The notes under the pieces are model-generated. The model ran no database searches, had not been told where the DNA came from, and saw only the letters and a list, made by a program, of their open reading frames with translations. From positions 496,001-560,000 of the forward strand of contig NW_027117351.1 of NCBI RefSeq assembly GCF_038025025.1: DNA of 64,000 nucleotides, read 5' to 3'. Shown piece by piece: positions 23,844 through 37,378 of the stretch (position 1 is the stretch's first letter; each line of letters opens with the position of its first letter). Source of the stretch: Phyllosticta citribraziliensis. Taxonomy: Eukaryota. Made by a program: the position numbers and the translations under genes.

Positions 23844-25999
23844 TGCTGCCGGCGGCGGCGGCGGCGGCGGCGTCGTCCATCCGCCACACGGCCGTGTCCT
23901 CGGCCTGCTGCTGCTCCAGTGGTGCGCCGCCGCCCCACCACCGCACGCCCAACTCCCTGTCCGCCCACGACAACCACGTCGACAGTTTCGTCTCGGCCGT
24001 CGCTGCGTCTGCAGCGTTGCTCTTTTTCCTCGCAGCACCACCGCCACTACCGCCACTACCGCCACCGCCACTCCTATCAGCAGCGGCCGCGTGCAGCAAG
24101 CAGACCTCGGCCGCGCGCTCGCTGGGCACGGCGACGCGACCGGGCGGAGCGGCGGCGTGTGGTGCGACGACGGCGTGCGCGAGGTGCACGACGAGGGCGT
24201 GGTCGAGGAAGTCGGCGAGGTCGGCGAAGGTGTCGAAGGAAAGCGAGCGGGGGCGGGGGTGTGGCGACGCCGGCGTTGTTGTTGCTGCTGTTGCTGTTTG
24301 GTCTGGGTACAGCAGCGATGTCAGTGAGGGGGGCAGCGTGGCAGAGAAGTCGGTGCCTTGGGTGGGTAGGGCGACGAGCGTGCGGAGGGTTATGGTGATG
24401 GGCTGGTGGTGGTCGGCGGCGGCGGCGGCGGCGGCGGGGGGTTCTGATTGTGAGGGGTACGGGAGGTGGATGGTTGCGCTGGTAGAGAGCGGGCGTGACA
24501 GCGTTGAGAGGAGGGCGTCGAGGACGGGGATGCTGCAGCCGGCGGAGGTGGTGGGTATGGTCGTGAGGGAGGAGGGGAGAGAGGCGTGGGCCGGAGTCAA
24601 CGCTGTGCTGAATGACAGCCCAGCGCGAGACATGGCTTGCCCGAGGCCGCCGAGATATGCTCGGAGCGCATTGGTGGCCATGTAGTGGTAGACGTAGTGG
24701 AGGAGAGTGCGGATGATGGGCGCGGGTAGGTCTGGCCGCTTGCGATCTGTCAGGGGAGGGGGAGGCTGAGAGCGCCGCTTGAGCCGCTGGTTGTATGCGT
24801 GTGTGAGCAAGAGGCGGAGCGCCAGAGCAATGTCTTCTGCCAGACCGTCCTGAGAATGGTCTGGAGATGTTTCGTCCAAGTCTTCCAGGCCGACAAGGTC
24901 AATGTGAATTTCCTTTTGCGGGCCCTTCAATTCGTCTGCTTGGGGCGACTTGATGGGCACGATGATGACGCGGTCTCGAAGACGGACGTTGTGCGAGAGT
25001 AGATGTCGTGATTCCATGGTCATCTCTTGAAAGAGCTCTTGCTCAAACAACGAGTCTCGCGCACGTCTGATCAAGTCTTCGATTTCAAGGTCGCTTTGTG
25101 GGGCAAGCAGCAGCCGGTTCTGATGTGATGATCCCAGCGTCTTGCCCTGTTGGACGATTCGGACGCGAATTGCCTTTGGTTTCTGCACGAGCGCCTCATC
25201 CAAGATGATGGCGCCGTCATCCTTGGCTCGAAGGGGAGCGAAGCCGCGTGCTTTGAATTGATCCGTGGCTTCGGAGAATCCAAATTGGACGCCCAAGGTC
25301 CCTCTTTCGCGAGGAAACCTGCGAAGCGACCAGCCTCTCCCGGTGATGGAGAGTATTTGGCTCCAGTATTGTGTCTCTTTGCGCACCTCCTTTTCCAGCC
25401 TCGTGGCAGCTTGCAGCAGCGAGTCTGCCGATGACCCAAGGCCCTCCATAGTCCAGCCCTTAGCCACAAGATCCCGCTGTTTCTTCTCACGCTCCTCCGG
25501 TTGTTTCAATGGCCATTTGTCGTACGAAAAAGAGCCTTCCGGCACGCCACTGGTTTTGAGGGCAGGCGATAGATAATTTGCGCCGCGCGGACTGTCTTTG
25601 GAGAGTAGGAGGCCGAGGAAATCAATGGTGAAGAGGATTTCTTGCTGAGCATCACTGGGATTTGTGAGACATGGTCGTGTGTACAGTGGAATACTCGAGG
25701 ACGTACTTGATGTGCCTGAACATGTCGGCCTTGACCTGGCGAATGTGCTCTATCCGCTTCTTGACGTCGTCGGCGTCGTCGTCTTCTTCATCCTGCTCTT
25801 CCGACTCGACGATGCCAGCCTCTTGGTTTGCTGCCATTTGCCTGAGCTTCTCCTCGTCCATATGTCTGTATTGCCCAAACTGCTGTGAAATGCGCGCGAG
25901 CTGCGACATGAGCGGTTCTTCCTGGTCGCTTTCGGAGGGCAAAGGACGCAAGGCCAGTGGAAAGCTGCCATGGCTGCCAGACAGATCGGAGTCACCCAT
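23662..25999 (-). CDS. SRB4: Mediator complex subunit 17, 2 exons
   Basis: LALRP, RISQQFGQYRHMDEEKLR, SADSLLQAATRLEKEVRKETQYW, LGVQFGFSEA..FKARGFAPLR, ARDSLFEQELFQEMTMESR and RRSQPPPPLT are Med17-like motifs. Intron at about 25706-25655. Confidence 0.9.
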
Positions 26000-26285
26000 G
26001 GCGGCGCAGACGAGTTTAGTGAAGGGGCAGGTGGGCGGCGCGTTGGATGTCGAGGTGGTGTTGAGAGCGCGTCGTGTCGTCGCAAACCAAGACCAGCATG
26101 CCCGGCTCCCGCTAGCGACCAATCTGATGCCTATCGATAAGAGCTTTGGCGCTCGAGGTCAGGGGTGCACCGTGCACCGACACGATCCCTGCGCGTGTGA
26201 CATCGGTGCCGCCCGATGGGAGAGGCAAAGAGACGTCGACTTCTGTCAAACCCCCCTTCTCTCTCCTCCTAACCACCTTGCCAAA

Positions 26286-27859
26286 ATGACGACCAGATAC
26301 AGAGTCGAATGTGAGTTCAATTCGCCCTGCGCTATGCTCCGCTGCTAATCAATCCCATTCAGATGCTCTTAAGGTCCGTATAGCTGTCCTGTCCGCGCTT
26401 GGCCGCACTGTGCTGATAGTACCGACAGACTCACCGACGAGACCAACTGGTACCTATTCTCTTCCCCCACGCCTCAACACGCTCAATGCTAATCCCTTGG
26501 TAGATTGAATGGATCAAGGTGCAGTGCCTCTCAACCAAAAGTTGCGTGTCCTAATCTCCGCCTCAGGGTCTGCTGGCTGTTCCATTTGTGCTGCACTCGC
26601 AACCGACCGCCGTCTTTGACCCACACCATGAGGGCAGCACCGACAAGATGGCCTCCATTGCCCATCGCAGATATGCCGAGATTATGCGCGACGTCGAAGA
26701 GCTCATCAACGACCACAGTTTGTCCCCATGACACCTGTCAGGTGCTACTCTTTTCTAAACATTGACTAGTCAAGCACCAACGAGCGGGGACCGAGCAAAA
26801 CTCCAAACTCAAGCTGCTGGTCCCAGCAGTCTCCAAATTCTTTACGCCGCTGCTCCTCCACGATGCCTTCGTCTACCAAGACACTCGACGTTTCATCAGC
26901 CATCGCCGATTTGTGGCCCCTTCCTTCAACGACGTCCGCCTCATTCTCAATACCGCCCAGGTCATGTCCTTGGTGCGGGCCGGGCCGCTCGACCTGATCA
27001 CCTTTGATGGTGATGTCACCCTGTACGATGACGGGCAGAGCCTGACCCCAGACAACCCCGTGATTCCCCGCATTCTCGAGCTCATGCGCAAGGGCACGAG
27101 GATCGGCATTGTAACTGCAGCAGGCTACACCGAGGCTCGGCGCTACCACGAGCGTCTGCATGGCCTCCTCGAGGCAATACAGCAGTCTGACATGCCGACC
27201 GACTACAAGCAAAACCTAATTGTGCTCGGCGGCGAGAGCAGCTATCTTTTCAAGTACTCTGGAGTAGAAGAGCACCTGCTCAACTATGTGCCAAGACCGG
27301 ACTGGATTCTCGAAGAGATGAAGTCGTGGACCGACGGTGACGTGGCAGAGCTGTTGGATGTTGCAGAGTCTGCGCTGAAGGAATGTGTCAGGAACATGAG
27401 GCTGCCCGCAGACGTGATACGCAAGGAGCGCGCTGTTGGTATCGTTCCTACTGCCGGAAACCGCTTTGCTCGTGAGCAGCTGGAGGAGACTGTGATGGTG
27501 ACGCAAAAGATATTGGTACGGTCCATGACCGCAATCTGCGCCTCTGCTAATTTGGCCAGGAAATGTCTCCTGTTGGTCGGCGTCTACCATTTTGCGCATT
27601 CAACGGCGGCAACGATGTCTTTGTCGACATTGGCGACAAGTCTTGGGGTGTTCTCGCCTGCCAGCGATTCTATGGAGGCATCGAAGGAAACAAGACGCTC
27701 CACGTCGGCGACCAGTTCCTATCGGCAGGTGCCAATGATTTCAAAGCTCGCCTGGCCTGCACCACGGCTTGGATTGCAAGCCCAGCTGAGACGTGCAATC
27801 TGCTGGACGAAATCAGCGAATTGGATTCTATTGCGCACAGAGCTGCGCAAAGCAAGTAG
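26286..27859 (+). CDS. ISN1: IMP-specific 5'-nucleotidase 1 (HAD family), 7 exons
   Basis: Spliced N-terminus MTTRYRVEYALKTHRRDQLIEWIKGLLAVPFVLH; TFDGDVTLYDDG, IVTAAGY, FNGGNDVFVDIGDK, HVGDQF...GANDFKAR. Confidence 0.95.
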
Positions 27860-28175
27860 GGGCAGCTTCTCTTGATGGATCGGCATGATTGCGCTTGGGG
27901 TGAGTTGGTCTCCGAGGATATTTGATACCACATCACAGTGGGTCTCGAAAGCTTCCATCTTTCTATTCAATGCCTTGGTTTCTCGTCATATTTCAAAATC
28001 ACATCTTTTGTAATGCTATATTGGTGGTTTGCTTTTGACTTGTCCCTGGCTGAAAGTTCTGCAAGTGGCACATCAGCATATCTGTATCTCTTGTCAGCAT
28101 GACGGAGAGAATGCATTTGTTCTCTCAAATAAGCAAACATTGCATCCAGTGCTCTAAGTCTAGTTTGCACACACT

Positions 28176-29068
28176 CTACTGTTCCTTCTCAGGTTCTGCC
28201 TCTGCCGCTTTGAGCTCATTGACCTTGTTGGCTTTGTCCTCCCAAGCCAGTTCCACGTACCTGCATGGCAATCAGCATCTAGCATTCATGAATCTTCCAT
28301 CAATTTCTTGGACTTACTTGGTGTGGCTGCCCCTTGCAAACACTAGGTTCTTTTCGTTGGTGAAATGGACGGTGGTAAATGCAAGCTTTCGACCGACTGT
28401 TGCCATCAAATTAGTCAATCTCAATTCCATCCAATGTCTTTTTGGAGACATACTCTTGTCGCAACGCGCCTCTCCCTGGATGAGTTGGCCAATCGTTCCA
28501 CCAGAGCTTGGATACGACACTGAGAGAAGTCAATCTTCCCCCATTCTATGGTCGTTACGCTTGTGGCTCACCATTAATGTCCGTCGAAACGCCTGTTGCG
28601 AAGAGGCCGCGGGATGCCACTGCGAGAGAGCCGCCGAGATCGACTGTAGGGCGAATCTTTAGCTTTTGACCAGCTTTTGAACTGCTTGAGTATTGTTACC
28701 CATGCTGGCAATAGTTCCTCCGTGCAGTGTCTTTAGACGGTTCGTGTGCTGCTGCTCAATCTGCAGTTGAAATTGAACACAGCCCAGGCGGGCGCCGGTG
28801 ATTCGGAGCTGTTAAGGTGTCAGTCACCTCTGTAGTGGGATACAAAATAAAATGAAGGACAAGCAGTTAATGGCTGGGAGCATTCATCTGATTGTCAAAA
28901 TGAAGCATTTCGGTTACATACGTTATTCAACAGCCTGTAGGCGCGCGATAAATCAGTTCGCGTCTTATCAATCCAAGAAGCGTCCTACCGTGGCTCAAGC
29001 CCTGAACCGGACTGGAATGACCGCCAGACAGATTCCACAAAGCCTTGGATTTTTTGGTTGGATCGCAT
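28176..29068 (-). CDS. PaaI/hot-dog acyl-CoA thioesterase (ACOT13-like), about 7 exons
   Basis: Spliced product MRSNQKIQGFVESVWRSF...LEPRLLNNLRI....HTNRLKTLHGGTIASMVDLGGSLAVASRGLFATGVSTDINVSY...GRKLAFT...FARGSHTKYV. Contains the HGG motif; missed by the ORF track. Confidence 0.9.
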
Positions 29069-29291
29069 TTTGTTGTTTTGATGGAAATGGTCAATGGTGT
29101 TGAAGGGTTAGACGTCATGGACCTCGGGACGGCAACCGGCGAGGGGAGGGCACGCTAGTCAGGGCACTGCTGGTTCAGCCCTACATGGCGTTGATCCTGG
29201 CATCCAGCTCGCGCATCTTCCACCACCTCTCTCAGCCAACGATGATCCCAAGCTAGCAAAACACTCTGAATGAGTTCGCCGTCCCACCGCC

Positions 29292-30865
29292 ATGTCGGCC
29301 TCTTCCTCCCAAGCGCTCGAATACCTCGAGCAGCAGCCTGGCCTCACCCACAAGCGGCTCTACCAGCAACCATCCACGGCATTGGCCGTCTTCCGCCGCA
29401 TGCTGCCGCATCTAGGTCTGTCGCCGACTTGAAAATGCTCTTTTGATGCCAGAGCTGACAGGTTTCTCTGCAGCCAAGACGATCGTCATGGCCATGCTGT
29501 ACATGACGGGACCATTCTCAGCCGCAGAGCTCGACAATTGGATTCGCCCAGACTCCAAAGGGTTCGTCTCTTGTGCCATAGCATGACCAGATCGCTGACA
29601 GCTACCAGAGAAAAAGACAAGGCCATATCCGTTCTTGAAGCCCTCCACATTGTCGCCCAAACTCCGGAGCCGTCTGGTGCTCGCGCCTATCGCCTTTCCA
29701 GCGGCTTCCAAAACTCTCTCAGACAAGCCCTCACCGGCGGAGGCAACCATCGTTCATTCGGCGTACCCTGCGATACAGCACCCCACCATAGAATATCCAT
29801 AGAGGAACTAGACCAATACGCGCGGCGGAAATGGGAGGCCATATTGTATTACATGGTTGGCAGCACCGGGACTGGCATGGCGGGCGGCAGTGGCATCAGT
29901 CAAGGCACCAAGACTCTTCTGGAAATGGGGACTTTTGTCGAGACCAAATTCGGTCGCACCGTCATCACAAAGGCTGGGTTCTCGTTCTTGCTCCAAGAGG
30001 TCAACGCGCAGGTCTGGAGTCTCTTGATAGTGTATCTGGACTCTGCACCAACGGTACTTGTGCCATCCGTCTCGATTGGCCATGTTTGCTAACGAATGAA
30101 CAGTTGAAAATGGACCAAGTCGACGTGCTGTCGTTCCTCTTTATGCTAGGTAGTCTTGAGCTGGGCCAGGACTACAGCACCGCACCTCTCTCCCCTACCC
30201 AACTCCAAATGCTCGACGATCTCAACGACTTTGGCATCGTCCTGCGTCCCAAGAACCAACCACGCTTCTACCCGACCCGCCTCGCGACGACGTTGACATC
30301 TGACGCGGCGGCCCTCCGCAACACCGAATCCATCTCGACCGCGCTCACGGCGTCATCCACCTCGGATGTCACCAGCTCCAGCGGCGCGCCCAGCAAAGGC
30401 TACATCATCATCGAGACCAACTACCGACTCTACGCCTACACGTCATCGGAGCTGCAAATCGCCGTGCTCAACCTCTTCGTGACGCTGGAAACGCGCTTCC
30501 CCAACCTGGTCTCGGGCAAGCTGACCAAGGAGTCGGTGCAGCGCGCCATCACTTTGGGCATCACGGCGGACCAAATCATCTCGTACCTGGACACGTACGC
30601 GCACCCGCAGATGCAGCGGCGCAACCCGGTCCTGCCCCCGACCGTCGTCGACCAGATCCGCCTGTGGCAGATCGAGGGCGACCGCATGCAGGCCATCGAC
30701 GGCTTCCTCATGAAGGACTTCAAGGACTGGGACGAGTATCGCGATATCAGAGACTACGCCAAGGCCATCGGCGTCCTGAGCTGGGATAGCGATGTTAAGC
30801 GCTTGCTCTTCATCACGAAGACGGAGCAGATTGGCCAGTTTATCAAGAATAGGAGTAGGCGGTGA
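29292..30865 (+). CDS. TFB2: TFIIH core subunit p52/Tfb2, 4 exons
   Basis: RLYQQPSTALAVFRRMLP.LAK, ARRKWEAILYYMVGS, ITKAGFSFLLQ, FYPTRLAT, IIETNYRLYAYT, LPPTVVDQIRLWQIE. Confidence 0.95.
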
Positions 30866-31789
30866 CCCTGCGGGGTGGGGCCGGAGGGGGGGAAGAGGGA
30901 AGGGGGATGCTGGTTGGTAGACCGTCCTTCTTCTTCTTCTTCTTCTTCTTCTTTTGCTTCTCTTCCGCTTCTTTTTCGGTGTCGTGGCGTGGGAGTCTTT
31001 GCTGGTGCTCATTGGGACTGCTGCGGCTTGGGCGACAGTAGCATGGCGTTTTTGTTTGGCGTTTACGAGACGGATCTGCCTGACATGTGGACGGATGGAC
31101 GGGCGGAGCAGACCACCCGCAGTAGCCGGGCTGCGGCGAGGGTTGCCCCTTCGATGCCCGCGTACCTTGAATAAAAAAAAGCATCCTGCTAGATAGATAC
31201 CAGACAATGGAGTCTTCGGGCAATGTATCTTGAACAACCTAAACCCACCTCACCTCATCCCATCTCATCTCACCTCACCACAGCACAGCTGATCAGACCA
31301 GAGAGAAGAACAGCATATGTCATGTGTCATACGTCGTTTACTCAAAGTATCTACCTGTGTATTTATTTGTTCGTCTTATCTGTGTGTCCGTCCAATAACA
31401 TACGCCATCCGATCCTACCTGTGTATTCCCACGTATGACGTACCGAAAAGCCGATTCTGCTGTTTGTCTCTATCACGTACTGTCGATGATGTCGGTTATC
31501 AGGGGCTCCAAATCGAACCAAGAAGGAAAGCAAGAAAGGAACAAAGCGAGACAGACAGAACAGAGAAAACAGAGAAAAGAAAAAGAACGACTGACACGAC
31601 AGACTGACGCTCCTTGCCAAAAGCATCCCCTACGCGTAAGAGAGAGGGAGGGAGTCAGAAACCTGCCCCCTCAAAACACCAACACACCCAAAAACAGAAA
31701 CAGGGACAAACAGTACCGTCGCGTCGCGTCGTCCGGGCCGCCAACAAATAAAAGACTGCAGGCACGGCACGCACGCCACAGCCGCCGCA

Positions 31790-33328
31790 TCAAATAGCGA
31801 CGCCAATCGGCATCGCGGCCGCCGCATACGCCGCGCTCTCGCCCGCGTACGCGCCGCCATCACCTCCGCTTTCTCCACTCGCATACGGCGGCCGCACCGA
31901 CTCACACGACAAGCGCGCGCGCGACGGCAGGTGGAAAGCGGCGGCGGCGGCAGCCGCCGCCTGTGGGAGCGTAGGAGAGAGAGACTGCAGGGGCGGGGAC
32001 AAGGACAGCGATGCGGGACGTGAGGAGTGGCGGGTTGTGCCGTGCTGCTGCTGCTGTTGCTGCTGTTGCTTTTGCTTGTGGTGCGGCTGCCGGTTCTGGT
32101 GCTGATGCTGGTGCTGGGGTGCGCGAGGATTGGCGTCGTGGGGAGGGGCGGCGGGCATGGGCGACGACATGGGCGCCTGCCAGTGCGCGGCGAACGTGTG
32201 CGCAGGGCTTGGCCACGACACAGTGGCGTCTTCGTCGTCGGCGTCGGCGTCGTCTTGGTCGAGCGCGGCAGCAGAGTCGCGGCGGAGAGCCTTGGTGGGC
32301 CAGGGGGCAGACTGGCGGGCTGTGATGGAGGCTGCGGCGGGTGTCTCGCGGTCGAACGGTCCGTCGTTGGTGTAGGCGTTGACGACGTCGTAATAGTCGG
32401 GAGTGTCGTCGTCTGGAAACAACTCGGCGAGCGGCGTAGGCTTGGGAGGCGCGAGCTTAGGTGTTGGGCGTCTTCGCGTTGACAGGCGCCGGCGCTGATG
32501 CGTCGGTACAGCCGCCGTTTGCATTGCGCTGCGCGGAGCTGCCGGCGCAGGCGGCGGATACAGTTGGTAGTGCCTCAAGCGCCTGACTGGCGACGGCGAC
32601 GCGGAGAACTCCTCGCGGAACACGGTGCGGTGCGGGACGGTAAAGTGGTTTGCCTTTTGCGTCTCGGAAATGGTGCTCAGCAGGTTGGGCTGCGTGTAGG
32701 AGCGGAGAGGCATGGGGCTTTTGGCGAGGCGGCGCGGGGCAGGGGGTGAGTGGTTCAAGAGCCAAGGGGGCCGGATTTCATCTGGCGGTGTTGCTGTTGA
32801 GGCTGGTGGGATGGGGGGAGGGCTTGGTGCGGGCGGAAGATGGCATTGGCCCTCCGAGGCAAACTCGTTGGCGTAGGGGAAGCTGGTGAGGGAGCCGCCG
32901 CGGCGATGGTGTCGGAGGGGCTGGCGGCCAGGCGGAGGGCTTTCTCGCCAGTCGGCCTCTGCGACACGGCTTGCCAGCTGCGTGATGTCGTTGGTCGTAT
33001 GACTTCGTGGAAGACCGCCAGTGATGGGGTGTTCGGACCATTTGAGATCGGGCCAGTAGTCCCCTGATGTGGCAACATCAAAGTCGGTGAAGCTCAGCCG
33101 CGAGCGGTCTGGCACAGGAGATGGGGGTGAAGGGGGAATCGATTCTTGCTTGGCAGCTCGACGGTAGTGGTGGCTGCGACGACCAAAGGGATTGAGTGGG
33201 CTGGTGCGAGAAGCAAACGATTTGAGCTGCTGGAGCTTGCTCTCGCGAGATGGCGTGGTGGGTTGCTTGTTGGAGCTTTGCCTTGCTCCCCATCTGGCTT
33301 TGAGAAGCTCGACGGCGTGTACCAACAT
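31790..33328 (-). CDS. Hypothetical Pro/Ser/Arg-rich disordered protein (3' structure uncertain)
   Basis: 512-codon ATG-initiated ORF with no recognisable domain; the 3' part is microsatellite-rich. Confidence 0.45.
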   Translation of the reverse strand: MLVHAVELLKARWGARQSSNKQPTTPSRESKLQQLKSFASRTSPLNPFGRRSHHYRRAAKQESIPPSPPSPVPDRSRLSFTDFDVATSGDYWPDLKWSEHPITGGLPRSHTTNDITQLASRVAEADWRESPPPGRQPLRHHRRGGSLTSFPYANEFASEGQCHLPPAPSPPPIPPASTATPPDEIRPPWLLNHSPPAPRRLAKSPMPLRSYTQPNLLSTISETQKANHFTVPHRTVFREEFSASPSPVRRLRHYQLYPPPAPAAPRSAMQTAAVPTHQRRRLSTRRRPTPKLAPPKPTPLAELFPDDDTPDYYDVVNAYTNDGPFDRETPAAASITARQSAPWPTKALRRDSAAALDQDDADADDEDATVSWPSPAHTFAAHWQAPMSSPMPAAPPHDANPRAPQHQHQHQNRQPHHKQKQQQQQQQQHGTTRHSSRPASLSLSPPLQSLSPTLPQAAAAAAAAFHLPSRARLSCESVRPPYASGESGGDGGAYAGESAAYAAAAMPIGVAI

Positions 33329-34107
33329 GATTGAAACGAGTGACTGGAGTGAGGTTATGCAGACGACACGAGAGAGGAGGAGATGGGGCGAAGACGATGA
33401 TATTGCAGTTATACATGTAGACAGAGAGGAAAGCGCGTGTGCGAGAGCCCTGAGGGTGGACGTTTCCAGGTCTTCATGAGCACGTTTTGGTGCATTTCAG
33501 CCATGGTGGAAGCAGGGACTGGACATGGGGATAGTGTGGCATCGCGGCCATGTGGAAAGGGCATTTGGGCGCGACGTGGATCCAGACGGGGCGTGGACTG
33601 GCGCATTCGAAGCTTCTTTTGTTCCCAGCTCTTTTTGCATTCTTGCTTCCAGAAGGAGACGTCTGGGCTTCCTGTCATTCCCCTTGAGGCAAGACTGATG
33701 TCTGTTAGCGGCAGGCCGAGTTCGTCAGGGCAAGAAGCAGAAACAGCGTCGGCCGATGGATGAATCGAAACGTAATGTTTGGTGGTTGCGAGACCGCATG
33801 GCAGCTCCGTCTGTAGCCACCGGAGCGGTATCGGATGGAAAGGTCGCGGTGCCGACGTCGGGCTGGGCCAGTTGGATGGTGGTGTTGATGATGAGGTGAT
33901 GTTGGTGGCTGACAATCGGCCGCTTGGTGTATGGCTGGCCGTCTTCACAAGCCTAGGGGTGCGCGCGGCGATCCCTGCAACTGTTTTCAGCGAACCTCGG
34001 CCGCGTCCGCAGAAATCGTCATAGCGCATTTATCCATTCTCCAACCCACGGCATCCACCTGCGCTGCGACTGATGCTCGTGCCCGGAGCTCCTCTGCACT
34101 TCTCGTC

Positions 34108-36067
34108 ATGGCTTCCAGGATAGCTTCGTCGTCGCTCTTGCGCCGCTCCCTCGCACCAGACTCGGCCAATGCCCTCCGCTTCGCTACAAGATCCGCCGCA
34201 TCAAGATCAGCGCCCGCCACATGCTCGGCTGCAAGATGCCTCTTTCAGTCCTACAGGCCCGCCCTCCGCATCGCTGGCCAGAGGAGGGCCTTTTCGAATA
34301 CTGCCCGCGCCAGACTTGCCGACGTCGACGAAGAATTCGACCCCAGCTCCATCGACCGTGAAAGCGACCAGGTCGATGTCTGCATCATCGGTGGTGGTCC
34401 CGCCGGACTTTGCGCCGCCATACGGCTGAAGCAATTGGCCAACGAGGCTGGCAACGAAGACTTCCGAGTCCTCTTGCTTGAAAAGGCGGGCGAAATAGGG
34501 GACCATATGGTGTCTGGCAACGTCCTGCAACCCAGCGCTCTCGATGAACTGCTGCCAGACTGGCTCTCAGAGGACAACCCGAACCGCTTCGAACATGCCA
34601 CTCCCGCCAAGTCGGAAAAGATGCGCTTCCTGACTGAGAAATACAACGTGTGGCTCCCGGTGCCCCCTCAGATGAACAATCACGGAAACTACATCATCAG
34701 CTTGAATCAGCTCGTAAAGTGGTTGGGAGAGCGGGCTGAAGAAATTGGTGTCGAAATATACCCGGGCTTTTCTGCATCCGAGGTGCTCTACAACGCTGAT
34801 GGATCGGTAAAGGGCGTCGCGACAAACGATCAAGGTGTGGGTAGGGACGGCAAACCCAAGGACTCGTTTGAGCGCGGCATGGAATTCCACGCGAGATGCA
34901 CCCTCTTGGGTGAGGGTTGCCACGGCAGCTTGACCAAGCAGCTCATCAAGAAATTCGACTTGAGACGGGACTCCGAGCATCAAACATACGGACTGGGGAT
35001 CAAGGAAGTCTGGGAAATTCCGCCGGAAAAGTTCCAAAATGGTCTCATCGCGCATTCTCTCGGCTACCCGCTACCATACGATACGTACGGAGGTGGATGG
35101 ATGTACCATTTCGGTGACAACATGGTCAGCATAGGTCTTGTCGTAGGTCTGGACTACCCGAACCCATGGCTTTCTCCGTACGGCGAATTCCAGAAGATGA
35201 AGGCGCACCCGTTCTACCGGCAATACCTCGAGGGCGGCAAATGTATATCCTACGCTGCTCGCACGTTAAACGAGGGAGGATTCCAGTCTATTCCCAAATG
35301 TGCTTTCCCGGGTGGAGCCCTCATCGGAGATACGGCTGGATTCCTGAATCTGCCAAAGGTCAAAGGCACTCATACAGCAATGAAGTCTGGAATGCTTGCT
35401 GCCGAAGCCGCCTATGATGCCCTTAGCGCAAACTCCGATGAAGGCTCGATATTTCTTTACAACTACGAGGACAAGCTGCGCGAGTCGACAATTTGGAGTG
35501 AACTGAAAGAGGTTCGCAACATGCGGCCGTCGTTCCACACGCCTCTCGGTCTTTACGGCGGAGTAATGTACTCCGGTCTGGCGGCCTTTGTGCTGCGCGG
35601 CAAGGAGCCGTGGACCTTCAATCACGGAAAACCGGATCACGCTGCCACCAAGACTGCCGACGAGTGCAAGAAGATTGAATACCCCAAGCCCGACGGAAAG
35701 ATCACTTTTGACATCCTGACCAGTGTCAGTCGGTCCGGCACCAACCACGAAGAGGATCAACCGGTGCATCTGCAGGTCAAAGATTGGGATAAGCACGCCA
35801 AGATGGAGTGGCCCAAGTACAAGGGCGTAGAGAACAGGTTCTGTCCCGCCGGTGTGTATGAGTATGTCGAGGACGACAGCAAGGAATTGGGCGTCAGGTT
35901 CCAAATCAACGCCCAAAAGTAAGTCGAGCGATCCAGTGCCTTCTGCGCAATACTAACATGACTACAGCTGCGTTCACTGCAAGACCTGCGACATCAAGGA
36001 CCCAAGCCAAGACGTCAACTGGACCTGTCCCATGGGCGGCGAAGGCCCCAAGTACTACATGACCTGA
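34108..36067 (+). CDS. CIR2: Mitochondrial electron transfer flavoprotein-ubiquinone oxidoreductase, 2 exons
   Basis: Arg/Ser-rich presequence, [15 protein letters not shown] motif, [17 protein letters not shown]. The last exon (after intron 35919-35968) gives the [13 protein letters not shown] 4Fe-4S motif. Confidence 0.96.
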
Positions 36068-37378
36068 GCTATGAACTCTACTCCTATTGGGCTCGTCGAT
36101 ACACACCACGCCTTATTCGCATTCTGCACATTACAGGCAATGGTTTCCCTATTCTTCCATCTGTTCTACATAGCGCATAGCGGCCATTTGCAGCGCTTTC
36201 TGGGACCGACAGAACACACACTTAATACCCGCACTGTTTGGGCATTATAGAGCAAACAACATCTCATTTCTTGGTCTTCCTGCCCGGGAGCTGCGAAGCT
36301 TCGGGCTCCTGTTGGTATTTTCCTGCACCCCACTCCTGGTTTTGTGCGTGGTCCGGTCCGCCTTGCAGTCCCGCGGATCTTTCGTTTTCGGTACATGTAG
36401 AGGTCTGCGTTGGAACGGAGTTGAGACGGAAAGGATGAGCAACTACCTACTGGAACAGTGGAGTAGGCTCGTGTCGGTGTACTTGAGTGCCCAAAAACAA
36501 GTTCAATTTCTGCTACCAACGACATTTTGGGGAACTCCGTTCACGTCCGCTGACCTTCCCATTCGCCCTCTCTTTTCGACTGGTCGTCCTTTTCAGCGCC
36601 CGCACTTAACCACCCAGACAGCCAGCAAGACAGGCCCCTTTTCATATGCAGTAACCATGCAGGCAGAGTGCAGATCGACTTCCTCAAGGAACCTCTTTTC
36701 CACTTGTTGCTTACCCCGCGTCCACTCCACTCTGCAGAACCTCACCACAAGGAACCCTGCCTCAACAACATCAACAGCTGTACGTACTTCCCTATCCCTC
36801 CACATATGTTGCAGCACACTGGATACGGCTCCAGCACCCTGTGCGATAATACCGGTTCCAGTCAAGGTGGCAGATTAGCGCAATCGTACCATAAACCCAG
36901 CCCCACAAGAGATACAGGACGATACCACAGCGGCACATCCTCATGTATCGATGTACAGCTACCCATGCCGACTCGGCAGCGGGACGCCTCCGAAAGCGCC
37001 ACCCCCGGCGCCATCCGTCAGATCCGTCAGCGAGCAATCAGTCTCCTCACACAAAAGCGGCCCCGGGGATATCCCCTGCTCGCCCCACAAACTGCACAAG
37101 CATGGCTCATGGCATCCTTGCCGCTGCGCCGCTGTTCGACGGCGTAGTGCTTGCTTTACTCCCCTTCGACCGAGATGCGGCGGCGTTTATATGGTCTGGT
37201 TGCGTCTCTTCTTTGTTTGGATTGAGTGCTTCTGAGCTTTTGGTCTCTTTGCTGCCCGTGGCTGCTTGTGGATGATTCGTATTGCTCGATATCGTCACTG
37301 CGATTGCAAGAGCTATTTGTTGAAGTTCATCTCGGTCTAGCTGACGCCCTGAATTGAGGAGCATTCGTCTGCGTCGCT

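Noticed and set aside
21707..24685. Long shadow ORFs (367, 403, 364 and 352 aa) over AIM21 and MED17
   Set aside because: Antisense or alternative-frame consequences of GC-rich codon usage and triplet repeats.
36312..37275. Overlapping 100-190 aa ORFs between ETF-QO and ADH
   Set aside because: No motif or codon bias; treated as intergenic/promoter sequence.
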